From an uncultured Chloroflexia bacterium (GTDB taxonomy: Bacteria; Chloroflexota; Anaerolineae; Anaerolineales; Villigracilaceae), in contig CAVXCH010000004.1 in assembly GCA_963760245.1 (NCBI GenBank), positions 20,241-84,240 on the forward strand: a stretch of DNA of 64,000 nt, read 5' to 3'. Positions 44,595-55,081 of this stretch are shown here, piece after piece; the first letter of the stretch is position 1; each line of letters begins with the position of its first letter. Below the pieces are notes generated by a model. The model did not search any database. It saw only the letters and a list, made by a program, of their open reading frames with translations, and was not told the origin of the DNA. Made by a program: the position numbers and the translations under genes.

Positions 44595-45225
44595 ATACGA
44601 TGATGACCTGAATGACTTGGTCGATCTGACAAAACGGGAAATCTCAGAGGAGCAAAAGCGCAAGTTCGAGGGCTATGCGGCAGAAATCCTCACCTGTCTT
44701 GGGATGGATTTGAAAACCCCGAGTACTTCCGACACCCCGCGCCGTTTCATCCAGGCGCTGATCGATGCTACCAAAGGGTACGATGGGGATCCCAAGCTGC
44801 TAAAAACCTTCCGTACAGAATGCCGCGGGGAACCTGACTGCCGTCTAAGCCAGGTGATTGAGGGCCCGATCCATTTCTTTTCATTTTGCGAGCATCATGT
44901 ATTTCCATTTTACGGCGAGGCTTACGTGGGTTACATTGCAGACGAGAATATCATCGGCATTTCCAAGCTGACTCGGCTCGTGCGCCTGTTCGCCCAGCGG
45001 TTTGCCGTGCAGGAACGGATCGGGCAGCAGGTAGCAGATACCCTCGAGGCGGTGCTCATGCCGCATGGGGTGGCTGTTTACCTGCAGGCCCATCACCTGT
45101 GCGTCGAGATGCGCGGAGTGAGGGAACTGGCGCCGATCACGCGCACGTTGGTCTGGCGCGGTTATTATGCCGATGAAGCCTCCCTCAGAGATGAATTCTT
45201 AACCAGTTGTGGTTTCAAGAGATGA
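44578..45225 (+). CDS. folE: GTP cyclohydrolase I
   Basis: FFSFCEHHVFPFYGEAYVGYI and ..QERIGQQVAD. Alternative ATG at 44566; the ATG at 44578 has GGAG 5 nt upstream. Confidence 0.9.
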   Translation: MEPINKYDDDLNDLVDLTKREISEEQKRKFEGYAAEILTCLGMDLKTPSTSDTPRRFIQALIDATKGYDGDPKLLKTFRTECRGEPDCRLSQVIEGPIHFFSFCEHHVFPFYGEAYVGYIADENIIGISKLTRLVRLFAQRFAVQERIGQQVADTLEAVLMPHGVAVYLQAHHLCVEMRGVRELAPITRTLVWRGYYADEASLRDEFLTSCGFKR

Positions 45226-45267
45226 ACATTTCCCAGGAAGGAAGGGACCAGGGATAACCTGAAAGCC

Positions 45268-45993
45268 ATGTCACTCGAAGGAAAAACAGTCCTGATCACC
45301 GGCGCGGCCCTGCGGATCGGGCGCTCGCTGGCACTGGCGGTGGCCCAGGCGGGCGGGGATGTCATTTTGCACTTCGGCAAATCCCGCAAGGAAGCTGAAA
45401 GCCTCCAGACGGAGATTGAAGTTATCGGCCGGAAAGCTTTCATCCTGCAAGCCGACCTGGCGGACCCCGCACAGGCGGCTGCTTTGGTCGACAATGCCAG
45501 GGAATACTCTCCGCTATTCGCCCTGGTCAACAACGCTTCCATATTCGAACCAGCCGGGTGGGCGGATACCAGCCTGGACCAGTGGAACCGCACCCTTGCG
45601 GTCAACCTGACGGCACCCTTCCTGCTCAGCCAGGCTTTCGCCCGTTCTCTGGAACCAGACGGAACGGGGCGCATCGTCAACCTGATGGATTGGCGCGCCC
45701 TCCACCCCAGGCCGGATCATTTGGCGTACATGATCAGCAATTCCGGCCTGGCCGCCCTTACCCATTCCCTCGCCGTAGCCCTGGCGCCGCGCATTACAGT
45801 CAACGGGCTGGCGCTGGGAGCCGTCCTGCCTCCCGGCGACGGGTCACCCGCCAATGTCAACCTTGAGAAGGTACCCGCCCGGAGGTGGGCTAAACTTGAG
45901 GAAGTAGGGCAGGCTTTGATCTTCCTCCTGGACGGCCCGGCTTATATCACGGGTGATGTGCTCCACGTGGACGGCGGCAGGCACCTGGTGTAG
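45268..45993 (+). CDS. Short-chain dehydrogenase/reductase, pteridine reductase (FolM-like) by context
   Basis: TGAALRIGRSLA (TGxxxRIG is typical of pteridine reductases). YxxxK region YMISNSG (atypical). Sits inside the pterin cluster. Confidence 0.65.
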   Translation: MSLEGKTVLITGAALRIGRSLALAVAQAGGDVILHFGKSRKEAESLQTEIEVIGRKAFILQADLADPAQAAALVDNAREYSPLFALVNNASIFEPAGWADTSLDQWNRTLAVNLTAPFLLSQAFARSLEPDGTGRIVNLMDWRALHPRPDHLAYMISNSGLAALTHSLAVALAPRITVNGLALGAVLPPGDGSPANVNLEKVPARRWAKLEEVGQALIFLLDGPAYITGDVLHVDGGRHLV

Positions 45994-46004
45994 GAGAATT
46001 TTTT

Positions 46005-46364
46005 ATGGATCAGGTTTTAATAAAAGATCTGGTGGCACGCGGTATCATCGGGATCAACGATTGGGAGCGAGAAAAGCCCCAGGAGATCCTGATCAATATT
46101 GTCCTCTTCGTCGATCTTATAAAGGCCGGGAAAAGTGACGATATCAAGGATTGCGTTGACTACCGCACGGTGGCCAAAAAAGTAATTGCACACTCCGAAA
46201 CAGCTCACAGGTTGACAGTGGAAGCGCTGGCAGCCGACCTGGCGCGCATCTGCCTGGAGGTACCCGGGGTGATGAAAGTGAGAATACGCGTCGAAAAACC
46301 GGGGGCCGTCCGGTTTGCCAGATCGGTGGGGGTCGAAATTGAACGCTCGCAAGAGGAGCTTTGA
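46005..46364 (+). CDS. folB: Dihydroneopterin aldolase
   Basis: 119 aa with IKDLVARGIIGINDWEREKPQEILINI...VRIRVEKPGA. Confidence 0.8.
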   Translation: MDQVLIKDLVARGIIGINDWEREKPQEILINIVLFVDLIKAGKSDDIKDCVDYRTVAKKVIAHSETAHRLTVEALAADLARICLEVPGVMKVRIRVEKPGAVRFARSVGVEIERSQEEL

Positions 46365-46366
46365 GT

Positions 46367-46852
46367 ATGGTTTCGGAGCACCAGGCTTGCCTGCTGCTGG
46401 GATCGAATATACAGCCGGAAAACAACCTCCCGCTTGCCATTGATCAACTTCAGAATCATCTGACCATCCTGCGGATATCACGAGTCTGGGAAACAGCCTC
46501 CGTGGGTTCCGCAGGCCCGAATTTCCTAAATGCTGCCCTTTTAGCGCGCACTCCCCTGGACCAAAAATCTTTGAAATTGGAGATCCTAACTCCGCTGGAA
46601 GCCAGCCTGGGCAGGGTGCGTTCTGCGGACAAGAACGCACCGCGTCCCATCGACCTGGATATCATCCTCTTTGACGGACGAGTGTTGGACTCCGCTCTTT
46701 GGCATTTCGCCCATCGGGCCGTCCCGGTTGCAGAAATTCAGCCCGAGCTCCATTCTGACTCTGGTGAGACATTGAAAGTGATTGCTGAGAAATTCACCGC
46801 TGAAGGTTCCATCCGCTTGCGACCTGACGTCGTTCTCAAAAAGAGCGATTGA
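46367..46852 (+). CDS. folK: 2-amino-4-hydroxy-6-hydroxymethyldihydropteridine pyrophosphokinase
   Basis: CLLLGSNI..., FLNAALLARTPL, RPIDLDIILFD. ATG at 46367 with GAGGAG 8 nt upstream (the track uses TTG at 46361). Confidence 0.85.
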   Translation: MVSEHQACLLLGSNIQPENNLPLAIDQLQNHLTILRISRVWETASVGSAGPNFLNAALLARTPLDQKSLKLEILTPLEASLGRVRSADKNAPRPIDLDIILFDGRVLDSALWHFAHRAVPVAEIQPELHSDSGETLKVIAEKFTAEGSIRLRPDVVLKKSD

Positions 46853-47124
46853 TCTTCCAAGGTTCCATGCAGATGGGTTACCGGGATACCGGCTTGTGAC
46901 CCCAAAGAATGATTGTATAAATCTTCACGCTTGTAAAACCTTACATCAAGAATGCCCTTGCTGTGGGATAATGCTGATTATCGGAATTTATAAATTGCTG
47001 GATGGAATTGAGCCTATTCCTTAAACCGAGGCACAGCCTGCAGATTACATCGAACAAACCGCCTGAATTAATTAAAGATTATCTGCCCGGATCACGAAAC
47101 TTTTATGGAAGCGAGGGACACATT

Positions 47125-48201
47125 ATGGCTAAATTTTCCCGCGTTGAAGTGATCAACGAAATTCTCCGCATCGGGGTGGTCCCCGTTTTCTACCACGCCG
47201 ACATCGACATTGCTAAAAAGGTGGTCGAAGCTTGTGCGGCTGCCGGGCTGAGGGTCATCGAGTTCACCAACCGCGGTGACAATGCCTGGCGTGTTTTCTC
47301 CGACCTGGTGCAGTACTTCGCGGCTGACGACCCAGGAGTGATCCTGGGGGTCGGCTCGGTGGTCGACCCGGGCACCGGAGCATTATATATCTCGAGCGGC
47401 GCCAATTTTGTGGTCGGTCCCGTATTGAACCCCGAGCTTGCCCGGGTATGCAACCGCCGCAAGATCTCCTACAGCCCAGGCTGCGGCAGTGCCTCCGAGA
47501 TCTCCCAGGCGGAAGAATTGGGCGCCGAGATCGTCAAAATCTTTCCAGGGGATTCGGTGGGCGGCCCAAAATTCGTCAAATCGATCCTGGCTCCCATGCC
47601 CTGGTCACGTCTCATGCCTACCGGGGGTGTCGACTCCAGCCGCGAGAGCCTTGAGGCATGGTTCAAAGCCGGCGTAGCAGTGGTGGGCGTCGGCTCCAAC
47701 CTGGTGCGCTCGGAGTGGGTCGCAGCGGGCGAGTTCGACAAGATTACCGATTTGGGCCGCAAGATGATCGGCTGGGTGCGCCTTGCGCGCGGCCAAAGTC
47801 CCTTTATTGACATCGAGCACGTGGGCCTTTATGGTCACGGCGGTGTCACAGGCGAGGATATCGCCAATTGGTATCATAAGCTCTTTGGCTTTGAGCTGGA
47901 GGAGAACCTGAATAGTATATTTGTTGGAGGCATGCGCCCGGGATCGATCGATGTCTCCAAAGAGGATAAGAACGAACGCTGCCACATTGCTGTGCGTGTG
48001 GCTGATTTCGATGAAGCAATAGCCCATCTCAGGGCACTGGGCATCGAATTTGGGGAACCAAAGATCGGGCCGGGTTCGAAAGCGGTATTCCTAAAGAACC
48101 CCGATCCGGCTGGTAATCTGGTGCATTTAATCTGGCGGACGTATGACCGCGCCATTAATTACCCTTCTCAAGGTATGAGGATTGGTGGAGGAAAGCAATG
48201 A
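47125..48201 (+). CDS. KDPG/KHG aldolase (Eda-like) fused to a C-terminal VOC/glyoxalase domain
   Basis: N-terminal half: [32 protein letters not shown]-terminal ~125 aa: IEHVGLYG...[36 protein letters not shown]. Confidence 0.75.
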   Translation: MAKFSRVEVINEILRIGVVPVFYHADIDIAKKVVEACAAAGLRVIEFTNRGDNAWRVFSDLVQYFAADDPGVILGVGSVVDPGTGALYISSGANFVVGPVLNPELARVCNRRKISYSPGCGSASEISQAEELGAEIVKIFPGDSVGGPKFVKSILAPMPWSRLMPTGGVDSSRESLEAWFKAGVAVVGVGSNLVRSEWVAAGEFDKITDLGRKMIGWVRLARGQSPFIDIEHVGLYGHGGVTGEDIANWYHKLFGFELEENLNSIFVGGMRPGSIDVSKEDKNERCHIAVRVADFDEAIAHLRALGIEFGEPKIGPGSKAVFLKNPDPAGNLVHLIWRTYDRAINYPSQGMRIGGGKQ

Positions 48202-49254
48202 GCGCTGTGGTTAACCGTGTCGTCACCCTGGGCGAGATCATGCTACGCTTGAAATCACCGGGGTTTGAACGTCTCCTGCAATCGCCCGTATTAGAGGCAA
48301 TTTTTGGAGGCGGGGAAGCCAATGTAGCTGCTTCCCTGGCGAATTTTGGTGTCGATACAGCTTTTATGACCGTGATCCCCAATAATACAATTGGAGATGC
48401 CTGCATTTCATTCCTGAAAAGCTGCTCGATCGACACCTCCCTGATCGTACGAGGTGGCGAACGATTGGGGGTTTATTACATCGAGGCGGGGTCGAACCAG
48501 CGCCCCTCCGTGGTTATCTACGACCGGGAAGGTTCGGCAATCGCAAAGGTCGAGGCAGGCGATCTGAATTGGGAGGCGATCTTCAAAGGAGCGACCTGGT
48601 TTCACATCACCGGAATCACTCCTGCCCTCAGCCAGCGCGCCGCGGATTTATCGCTTATGGCGGTCCACAAGGCAAAGGAAAGCGGCCTGACCGTTTCGTG
48701 TGATTACAACTATCGCAAGAACCTGTGGAAATACGGGAAGAAAGCCCCCGAGGTGATGCCCGAAATCGTGTCGCAGGTGGACGTTGGTATCGCCAATGAG
48801 GAGGACTGCCAGAAGGCACTTGGGATCAACGTCCAGGAGGATGCCTCGGAAAAAGATGTTAATTTCGGGATGTTAAATATTGAAAAATACCAGGCACTGT
48901 GTGAAAAGGTGTTGGATACGTTTCCGAACCTTAAGATCCAGGCGATCACCCTTCGTGAAAGTTTTAGCGCTGACCATAACGGCTGGTCGGGCTGCCTGCA
49001 CGACCGTAAGGATTTCATCCTCGGCCCGCACTTTGACATCCCTAATATCGTCGACCGCGTGGGGAGCGGGGATGCCTTCGCGGCAGGTCTGATCTACGGT
49101 CTCCTGAGCGGCAAGGGCCACAAGGATGCCCTGGGGTTCGCGGTCGCGGCTTCCTGCCTCAAGCATTCGATCCCGGGTGACATCAACCGGGTGAATGTTA
49201 TCGAGGTCAACCAACTGTTTGGCAGGCGATGCCTCGGGTCGGGTGCAGAGGTAA
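48198..49254 (+). pseudogene. kdgK: 2-dehydro-3-deoxygluconokinase (PfkB family); 3'-terminal frame break as assembled
   Basis: [19 protein letters not shown]..., [16 protein letters not shown]. After the T3 run at 49218-49220 the +1 frame reads [10 protein letters not shown]-stop (TAA 49252-49254), the canonical KdgK end. The track ORF runs on to 49304 instead. ATGA overlap with eda. Confidence 0.85.
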
Positions 49255-49327
49255 TCCAGCTCAGTAGTCTCTCCATTCAATTTTTCTTCAGGCGTCATTC
49301 TTAGGCATCTGTACTCAGGAGCGTATT

Positions 49328-49654
49328 ATGAGACCCGAGCCAAAGGTTATCAAGTCCGAAACAGGAGGCAAGGATTATGTCCGATTGTTGAGCGGACCGC
49401 CTGAGAGCATATTATTGCGGTCGGGCGCGGTTTCACTTCAACCTGGCAAGACTGTTGGGAAGCACAGTACAGAAGGCAACGAAGAGCTTCTGATCGTGCT
49501 GAACGGTGAAGGGTCGCTTCTGCTGGGCGAGAGCAGGCAGCTAAAAATGAATATTGGTACTGTCCTTTATTGTCCACCGGATACTGAACATGATGTCCGA
49601 AACACGGGTTCGAATATTCTGCGGTACATCTATGTAACAGCCAGAACGAAATGA
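49328..49654 (+). CDS. Cupin-domain protein
   Basis: 108 aa with GKHSTEGNEELLIVLNGEG...PPDTEHDVRNTG (cupin motifs 1 and 2). Confidence 0.7.
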   Translation: MRPEPKVIKSETGGKDYVRLLSGPPESILLRSGAVSLQPGKTVGKHSTEGNEELLIVLNGEGSLLLGESRQLKMNIGTVLYCPPDTEHDVRNTGSNILRYIYVTARTK

Positions 49655-50043
49655 AAAACCAGATTACTAAGCCATTTTTGAAACTTTTTCTGCTGTCATT
49701 GTACGTCAGCCTCCCACATATGGTACCTGACAGTATTTATGCTGCCAAATAAGGGGTATCCCCGCGGATTTGGTTTGAATTTGGTTCTAAACCTTACAGT
49801 TTTGGAATAGCAATTTAAGGGTTGAGCGTCTATTTGGTTTATAATGCGCTCTTCTTCGTCGTACGTCATAAACAGCCGGTTTACTAGTCGAATACCATAC
49901 CAGGGGGGTTAAAAGATAACCATCAGGAATCAATTTTTTTTCGGATGTGTTAGTCAACTCCTGAAATCTGCACAATTAGAAACCTGGATTATTCAATCGT
50001 TTGATATCTTCAAACAATCTGTGAAAATGAAAGGATTATTGGT

Positions 50044-51528
50044 ATGAAAAAATACAGCATTTACCGGTTGGCAAGTTTGTTTATTTTGATCTCCTTCCTG
50101 GTTGGGACGAACCTGGTGGTGCAAGCCGCCAGTCAATTTGCACCTGCCAGCGCAACGGCGCTTACCTTCAATCCGGTTGCCGATGCCTATGTGGTCCAAA
50201 CCTCAGCCTCGACAAATTATGGCACGGGTACATCCCTGCGGGTGGATAGCAGCCCAGAAACTCGTAGTTACCTGCGCTTTGTTATAAGTGGCCTGAATGG
50301 ATCTTCCATTCAAACTGCGTTTCTACGCATTTATGCCAACAGCGCAAATTCGACCGGTTTTTCCGTTCAGGCTGTGTCAAACAACGCCTGGGTCGAAAAC
50401 CAGATCACTTATTCAAATGCACCTGCTGCAGGGAATACAATAAACAGCTCGAAATCCTTTGCTGCGGGGACATGGATGGATGTGGATGTGAGCACCTACA
50501 TTAAGGCTGCAGGTACTTTCAGTCTTGTGTTGACCACCTCGAGTTCGACCAATACCAACCTGGCCTCCCGTGAGGACCCCAGTCATGCTCCTCAACTTGT
50601 GGTCACTACAGGATCAGGTCAGGGAGTGCCTACCTCGACCCCCACTCCAGTCCCACCCGGCAGCGGAACCGGCAACATTCTGCTCATCGCTGGAGACATT
50701 TGCAAGCATAATTTTGATTCCGTCGATTACACAGCAAATTGCAAGAAAACAGGCGACCTTGTCCGCAGTGTACTGGGTGCCAATCCAGGTGCCCAGGTTC
50801 AAACTCTCGGTGATAACGTCAATAATGACGGAGGTACATCCTCATATGATGCCGAGTACCAGGACCTTTACGCACCAAATTGGGGCAGCTTCCTGAATGT
50901 AACTCATGCCCTGATGGGCAACCACGATACTTACCCACCTGGCGGAGATACAGCCTACTTTAATTACTTCGGGAACGCCGCCGGACCTCAGCCGGGAGGC
51001 TATTACAGCTATAACATTGGATCAAGTTGGCATGTGATCGTGTTGAACGCGCAATGCTCCAAAGCTGGGGGCTGTGGTGCCAGTAGTGTACAAACCACAT
51101 GGTTGAAAAATGATTTGGCTGCCAATACCAGGCAATGTGTCCTGGCAGTCTGGCACCAGCCGCGCTGGACAAGCGGGCGGCATGCCGATGATGCCACCTA
51201 CGCTCCATGGTGGAACCTGCTATACCAATATAAGGCAGACATCATTGCTGGAGGTCATAACCACAACTACGAACGCTTCGATCAGATCAATGCTCAGGAA
51301 CAGGCTGCTTCGGATGGCATTCGTGAGTTTGTGGTAGGCACCGGAGGCGCTCCGGGAGATGGATATACTTATGCATCCCATCCTCTTGATCCCAACGAGG
51401 TCATCCGCAACCAGACCCCTGTCTATGGCGTACTCAAGCTGACCCTCTCTGTCAACTCTTATTCCTGGAAATTCCTGCCGGCGGCTGGTTATACCTTCAG
51501 CGATTCGGGAACATCCACCTGCCATTGA
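50044..51528 (+). CDS. Secreted DNRLRE-like domain + calcineurin-like metallophosphoesterase
   Basis: Signal peptide. PVADAYV..TNYGT..LRVDSS..SYLRF (carbohydrate-binding-like module). Then GDICKH, GDNVNNDG, GNHD and GGHNHNYERF phosphoesterase motifs. Confidence 0.75.
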   Translation: MKKYSIYRLASLFILISFLVGTNLVVQAASQFAPASATALTFNPVADAYVVQTSASTNYGTGTSLRVDSSPETRSYLRFVISGLNGSSIQTAFLRIYANSANSTGFSVQAVSNNAWVENQITYSNAPAAGNTINSSKSFAAGTWMDVDVSTYIKAAGTFSLVLTTSSSTNTNLASREDPSHAPQLVVTTGSGQGVPTSTPTPVPPGSGTGNILLIAGDICKHNFDSVDYTANCKKTGDLVRSVLGANPGAQVQTLGDNVNNDGGTSSYDAEYQDLYAPNWGSFLNVTHALMGNHDTYPPGGDTAYFNYFGNAAGPQPGGYYSYNIGSSWHVIVLNAQCSKAGGCGASSVQTTWLKNDLAANTRQCVLAVWHQPRWTSGRHADDATYAPWWNLLYQYKADIIAGGHNHNYERFDQINAQEQAASDGIREFVVGTGGAPGDGYTYASHPLDPNEVIRNQTPVYGVLKLTLSVNSYSWKFLPAAGYTFSDSGTSTCH

Positions 51529-51779
51529 TCGACTCTCCCATTTCCATGTGAATCGGTGACTCAAGGGTAGTTCATCAGTCGTCTTCCAATATATTTGGCT
51601 AACACCCCAATATCGAGGCATTCCTCTTGATATTGGGATGCTATTGTTAGAAGGACGTTTATTTTCCCAAACCTGACATTGCGAAACGACTGGTCAAGTG
51701 CTAAAATACGATAAATATCGTTCGAATTTGTCGCATTAATGAATACAGGAGTTCCTGTCAGTCAGGTCGGAAAGTAACC

Positions 51780-54692
51780 ATGTCAGATCCCGTTTTTGTC
51801 GGTCGCGAGACCGAACTCCGCAAGCTCAATACTATCCTTCAAACAGCCTCGCAGGGAAAAACGCAGGTCGTTTTTATCGCAGGCGAGGCGGGCGCGGGAA
51901 AATCCTCCCTGGTGACCGAATTCGTTCGCAAGAGTGAAGCCGCAGATCCAAAATTGATCTCCTCGCTGGGTGAGTGCAACGCTCAGACCGGGGTGGCCGA
52001 TCCATACCTCCCCTTCCGCCAGGTGCTGACCGCGCTGACTGCCGGGAATGAAGAAGCAGCTTCCGAGGAAAAAGACAAGAATAAAAAACTGAACCGCTGG
52101 AAGGATTTTGTGCAGGTCTCGACCAAGACCCTGATGATGGTGGGGCCCGACCTGGTCGGTATTTTTGTTCCGGGCGGCACCCTGCTTACCCGCATCGGCA
52201 CACAGATCGCCCTCAACAGCAACCTGGCCGGGAAACTTTCCGAGCGGGTCGGGAAAAAACCGGGTAAGGAACCCCCAAAAGTCGACTCCGCCCTCGACCA
52301 GGAAAAGATCTTCGAACAATACGCGGCGGTGTTGAAGACCCTGGCAAAGGACCGCACCCTGGTCCTGATCCTGGATGACCTGCAATGGGCTGACAGCGGC
52401 TCGATCAACCTGTTGTTCCACCTGGCGCGCCAGCTGAAAGACAGCCGCCTCCTGCTGGTGGGCACTTACCGACCCGACGATGTGTCCCTCGGCCGCGATG
52501 GCGGGAGGCATCCGCTGGAGGCGATCCTCAACGAGCTCAAACGCTATTACGGCGACATTGTCATGGATCTGTCGCAAACCGAGAAAAGCGAAGGGCGCGC
52601 CTTTGTGGATGCCCTGGTGGATTCTGAGCCGAATCACCTCGACCGCGGCTTCCGGGATGAACTGTTCGCCCATACCGGCGGACACCCGCTCTTCACGGTG
52701 GAACTGCTGCGCAACCTGCAGGAATGCGGCACCCTTGTTAAAGATGCGCAGGGCAGGTGGATCCAGGCAAATAAGCTGGACTGGGATGACCTGCCGGCCC
52801 GCATCGAAGGCGTGATCGGCGAACGAATCGCCCGTCTGCCCGCCGACCTGCACGAGACCTTGACCATCGCCAGCGTCATGGGGGAGGAATTTGCCGCCCA
52901 GGTGGTGGGGCAGGTTCAAAAGGTGGACGAAGGCGAGGTGGTCAGGAACCTCTCGCGGGAGTTGGAGAAGCGCTACCTGCTGGTTATCGAACAGGGGGAA
53001 ATAAAGATCGGTACGCAGTATTTATCCCAATACCGCTTTGAGCACATCCTGATCCAGCAATACCTGTATGATGAACTCAGCGCGGGCGAACGGCGCATCC
53101 TGCATGGCAAAATTGCCGAAATCCTGGAGACCCTTTACGGAGATCAGGCGGATGAGATCGCCCTGCAGCTGGCCCGTCATTTCGAAGCGGCCGGGAACGC
53201 CGAGAAAGCGATCACCTACCTGATCTGTGCTGGCGATAGCGCCTTTCGGGTTTATGCACACGATGAAGCGGTAGCCGCTTACACGCGCATCCTTGAGCTG
53301 GACGATCAGGCCTCGCTCGATGGGGAGCAGCTCACCCATGTTTATCTCCGCCGCGGTCGAGCGCTCGAATTGAGCAATCGGTACCAACTGGCGCTGCAAA
53401 ATTATGACGATATGCTGGCAGCCGCTCGAAAACGTCAGGACCGGGCCATGGACCTCTCCGCCAGCATTGCCGCCGGCACGTTGTACTCCACCATCACTCC
53501 TGTGGCGGATGCAGCCAGGGGCATTGCCCTCTCTGAAGACAGCCTGAAATTGGCCCGTGAGTTGGGAGACCGCGCCGCCGAAGCCAAGGTCTTGTGGAAT
53601 TTACAGTTGGTCAACCTGTTTCAGAACAAGACCGCCGAGGCCATTGACTATGGCGAAAAAAGCCTTGCAATTGCGCAGGAATTGAATCTCCGCGAGCATA
53701 TGGCTTACGTGCTCAGCGACCTGGGCTGGGCGTACACCGTGGCCTGCCAGTTTGATAAAGCCGGGGAAAGCCTAGACGCCGGCACCCGCATCTGGAAGGA
53801 GTTGGGGAACATGACCATGCAGACCAACAACCTGAACACCGCCATGTTTGGCGCGTATTGGGCGGGCAGGGACGGGCTGGTCTTACAGAGCGCCGAGGAA
53901 GCCTTGAAGATCAGTACCGCCATAAAGGAAATTTGGAACCAGGCTTCGGCTCGAAATTTCCAGGGGCTGGTCTGGCTGGAAGCACGGGGAGATCGACCAG
54001 GGGCTGGAAGCTCTGGAAGACAGTATCCGCCTGGCAAGCAAAGGAAATACCTATTACGAAGCCTGGTACCGTGCCATGCGTTGGCGGGCTTATGCAGAGC
54101 TGGGCGCTGCTGCACTGGAGACGGAAACGTACCGGCTCCATCGGATACCCAATGCGGAACTCCCGACCTCGCCCATGCGGGTCAGCACGTTGATTTGCTA
54201 TGCAACGTTCGAAATTGCCAGCGGGGAGCTGGATAAAGCCTCAGCTACCCTGGCTGAGTGCACCCCCGACGCTCCCCCTGGGAAGCAGTCCTCATTAATG
54301 CCAGGTGCAGCCTTGCCCTTGCACGCGCAGACTTTTCGAGCGCACTGTCGCTTGCGGATGAGGCGGTCGGGTTCACCCGTGAACGCAACCTGGGCCGTTA
54401 CCTGCCCGAAGCCCTGCTTCTGAAAGGGAAAGCGCATCTTTTACAAGGGGATTTGGAGAAGGCAAAGGCTGCACTCGAGCAGGCACGCCTGGAAGCGGAA
54501 AAGCTCGGGTCACGCCGCCTGCTTTGGCAGGTCATCGCCCCCCTCGCCGAACTCGAAACCGACCCGCAGCGCTCTGCTGCATTAAAAGCCGAAGCCCGCA
54601 CTTTCGTACAATTTATTGCGGATCACATCACACGCCCCGATCTGCGCGCCTCGTTCCTGGCGTCCACGACTGTCACTGCGGTAAAGGTATAA
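51780..54692 (+). pseudogene. STAND-type AAA_16 ATPase with C-terminal TPR array; two frame breaks as assembled
   Basis: FVGRETELRKL..FIAGEAGAGKSSL (Walker A), LVLILDDLQWAD (Walker B). TPR-like repeats run to the end. Break 1 at the G4 run 53986-53989 (next frame reads GEIDQGLEALEDSIRLASKGN..). Break 2 at the C5 run 54274-54278 (next frame reads WEAVLINARCSLALA..). Confidence 0.8.
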
Positions 54693-55081
54693 ACGAATAT
54701 TGTCAATTGGAATATAACTGCATCTCTTCAGTCGACTCCCTGACTAAACCCCGTCATATAAGTCTTTTTTGCTTCATGCTTTTCCAGTTTCCCGACCCGA
54801 TAGTTGTAAGGTGGTTGTAATCGCGTTTTGCCCCAGGTTGGTATATCCTATAGGAAAGGCCAATTCAGGGACAGTTTGGCTTTATTATTTTCAATGCTCT
54901 TAGGGGGTAATTTTCCGACCACAATTTTATTTGATTGGTTTTGTTGACGATTATTGAAAAGAATAGGCGTGACGTTTCCGGAAATGGAATTTTTGGGGTT
55001 GTCCAAAGATCCATTCGGGAAATGCAATCTGCTGTTCTGCTGTTCTTCTCTTCCCACCAGCCCTTGGGAATACGAGTCAAT

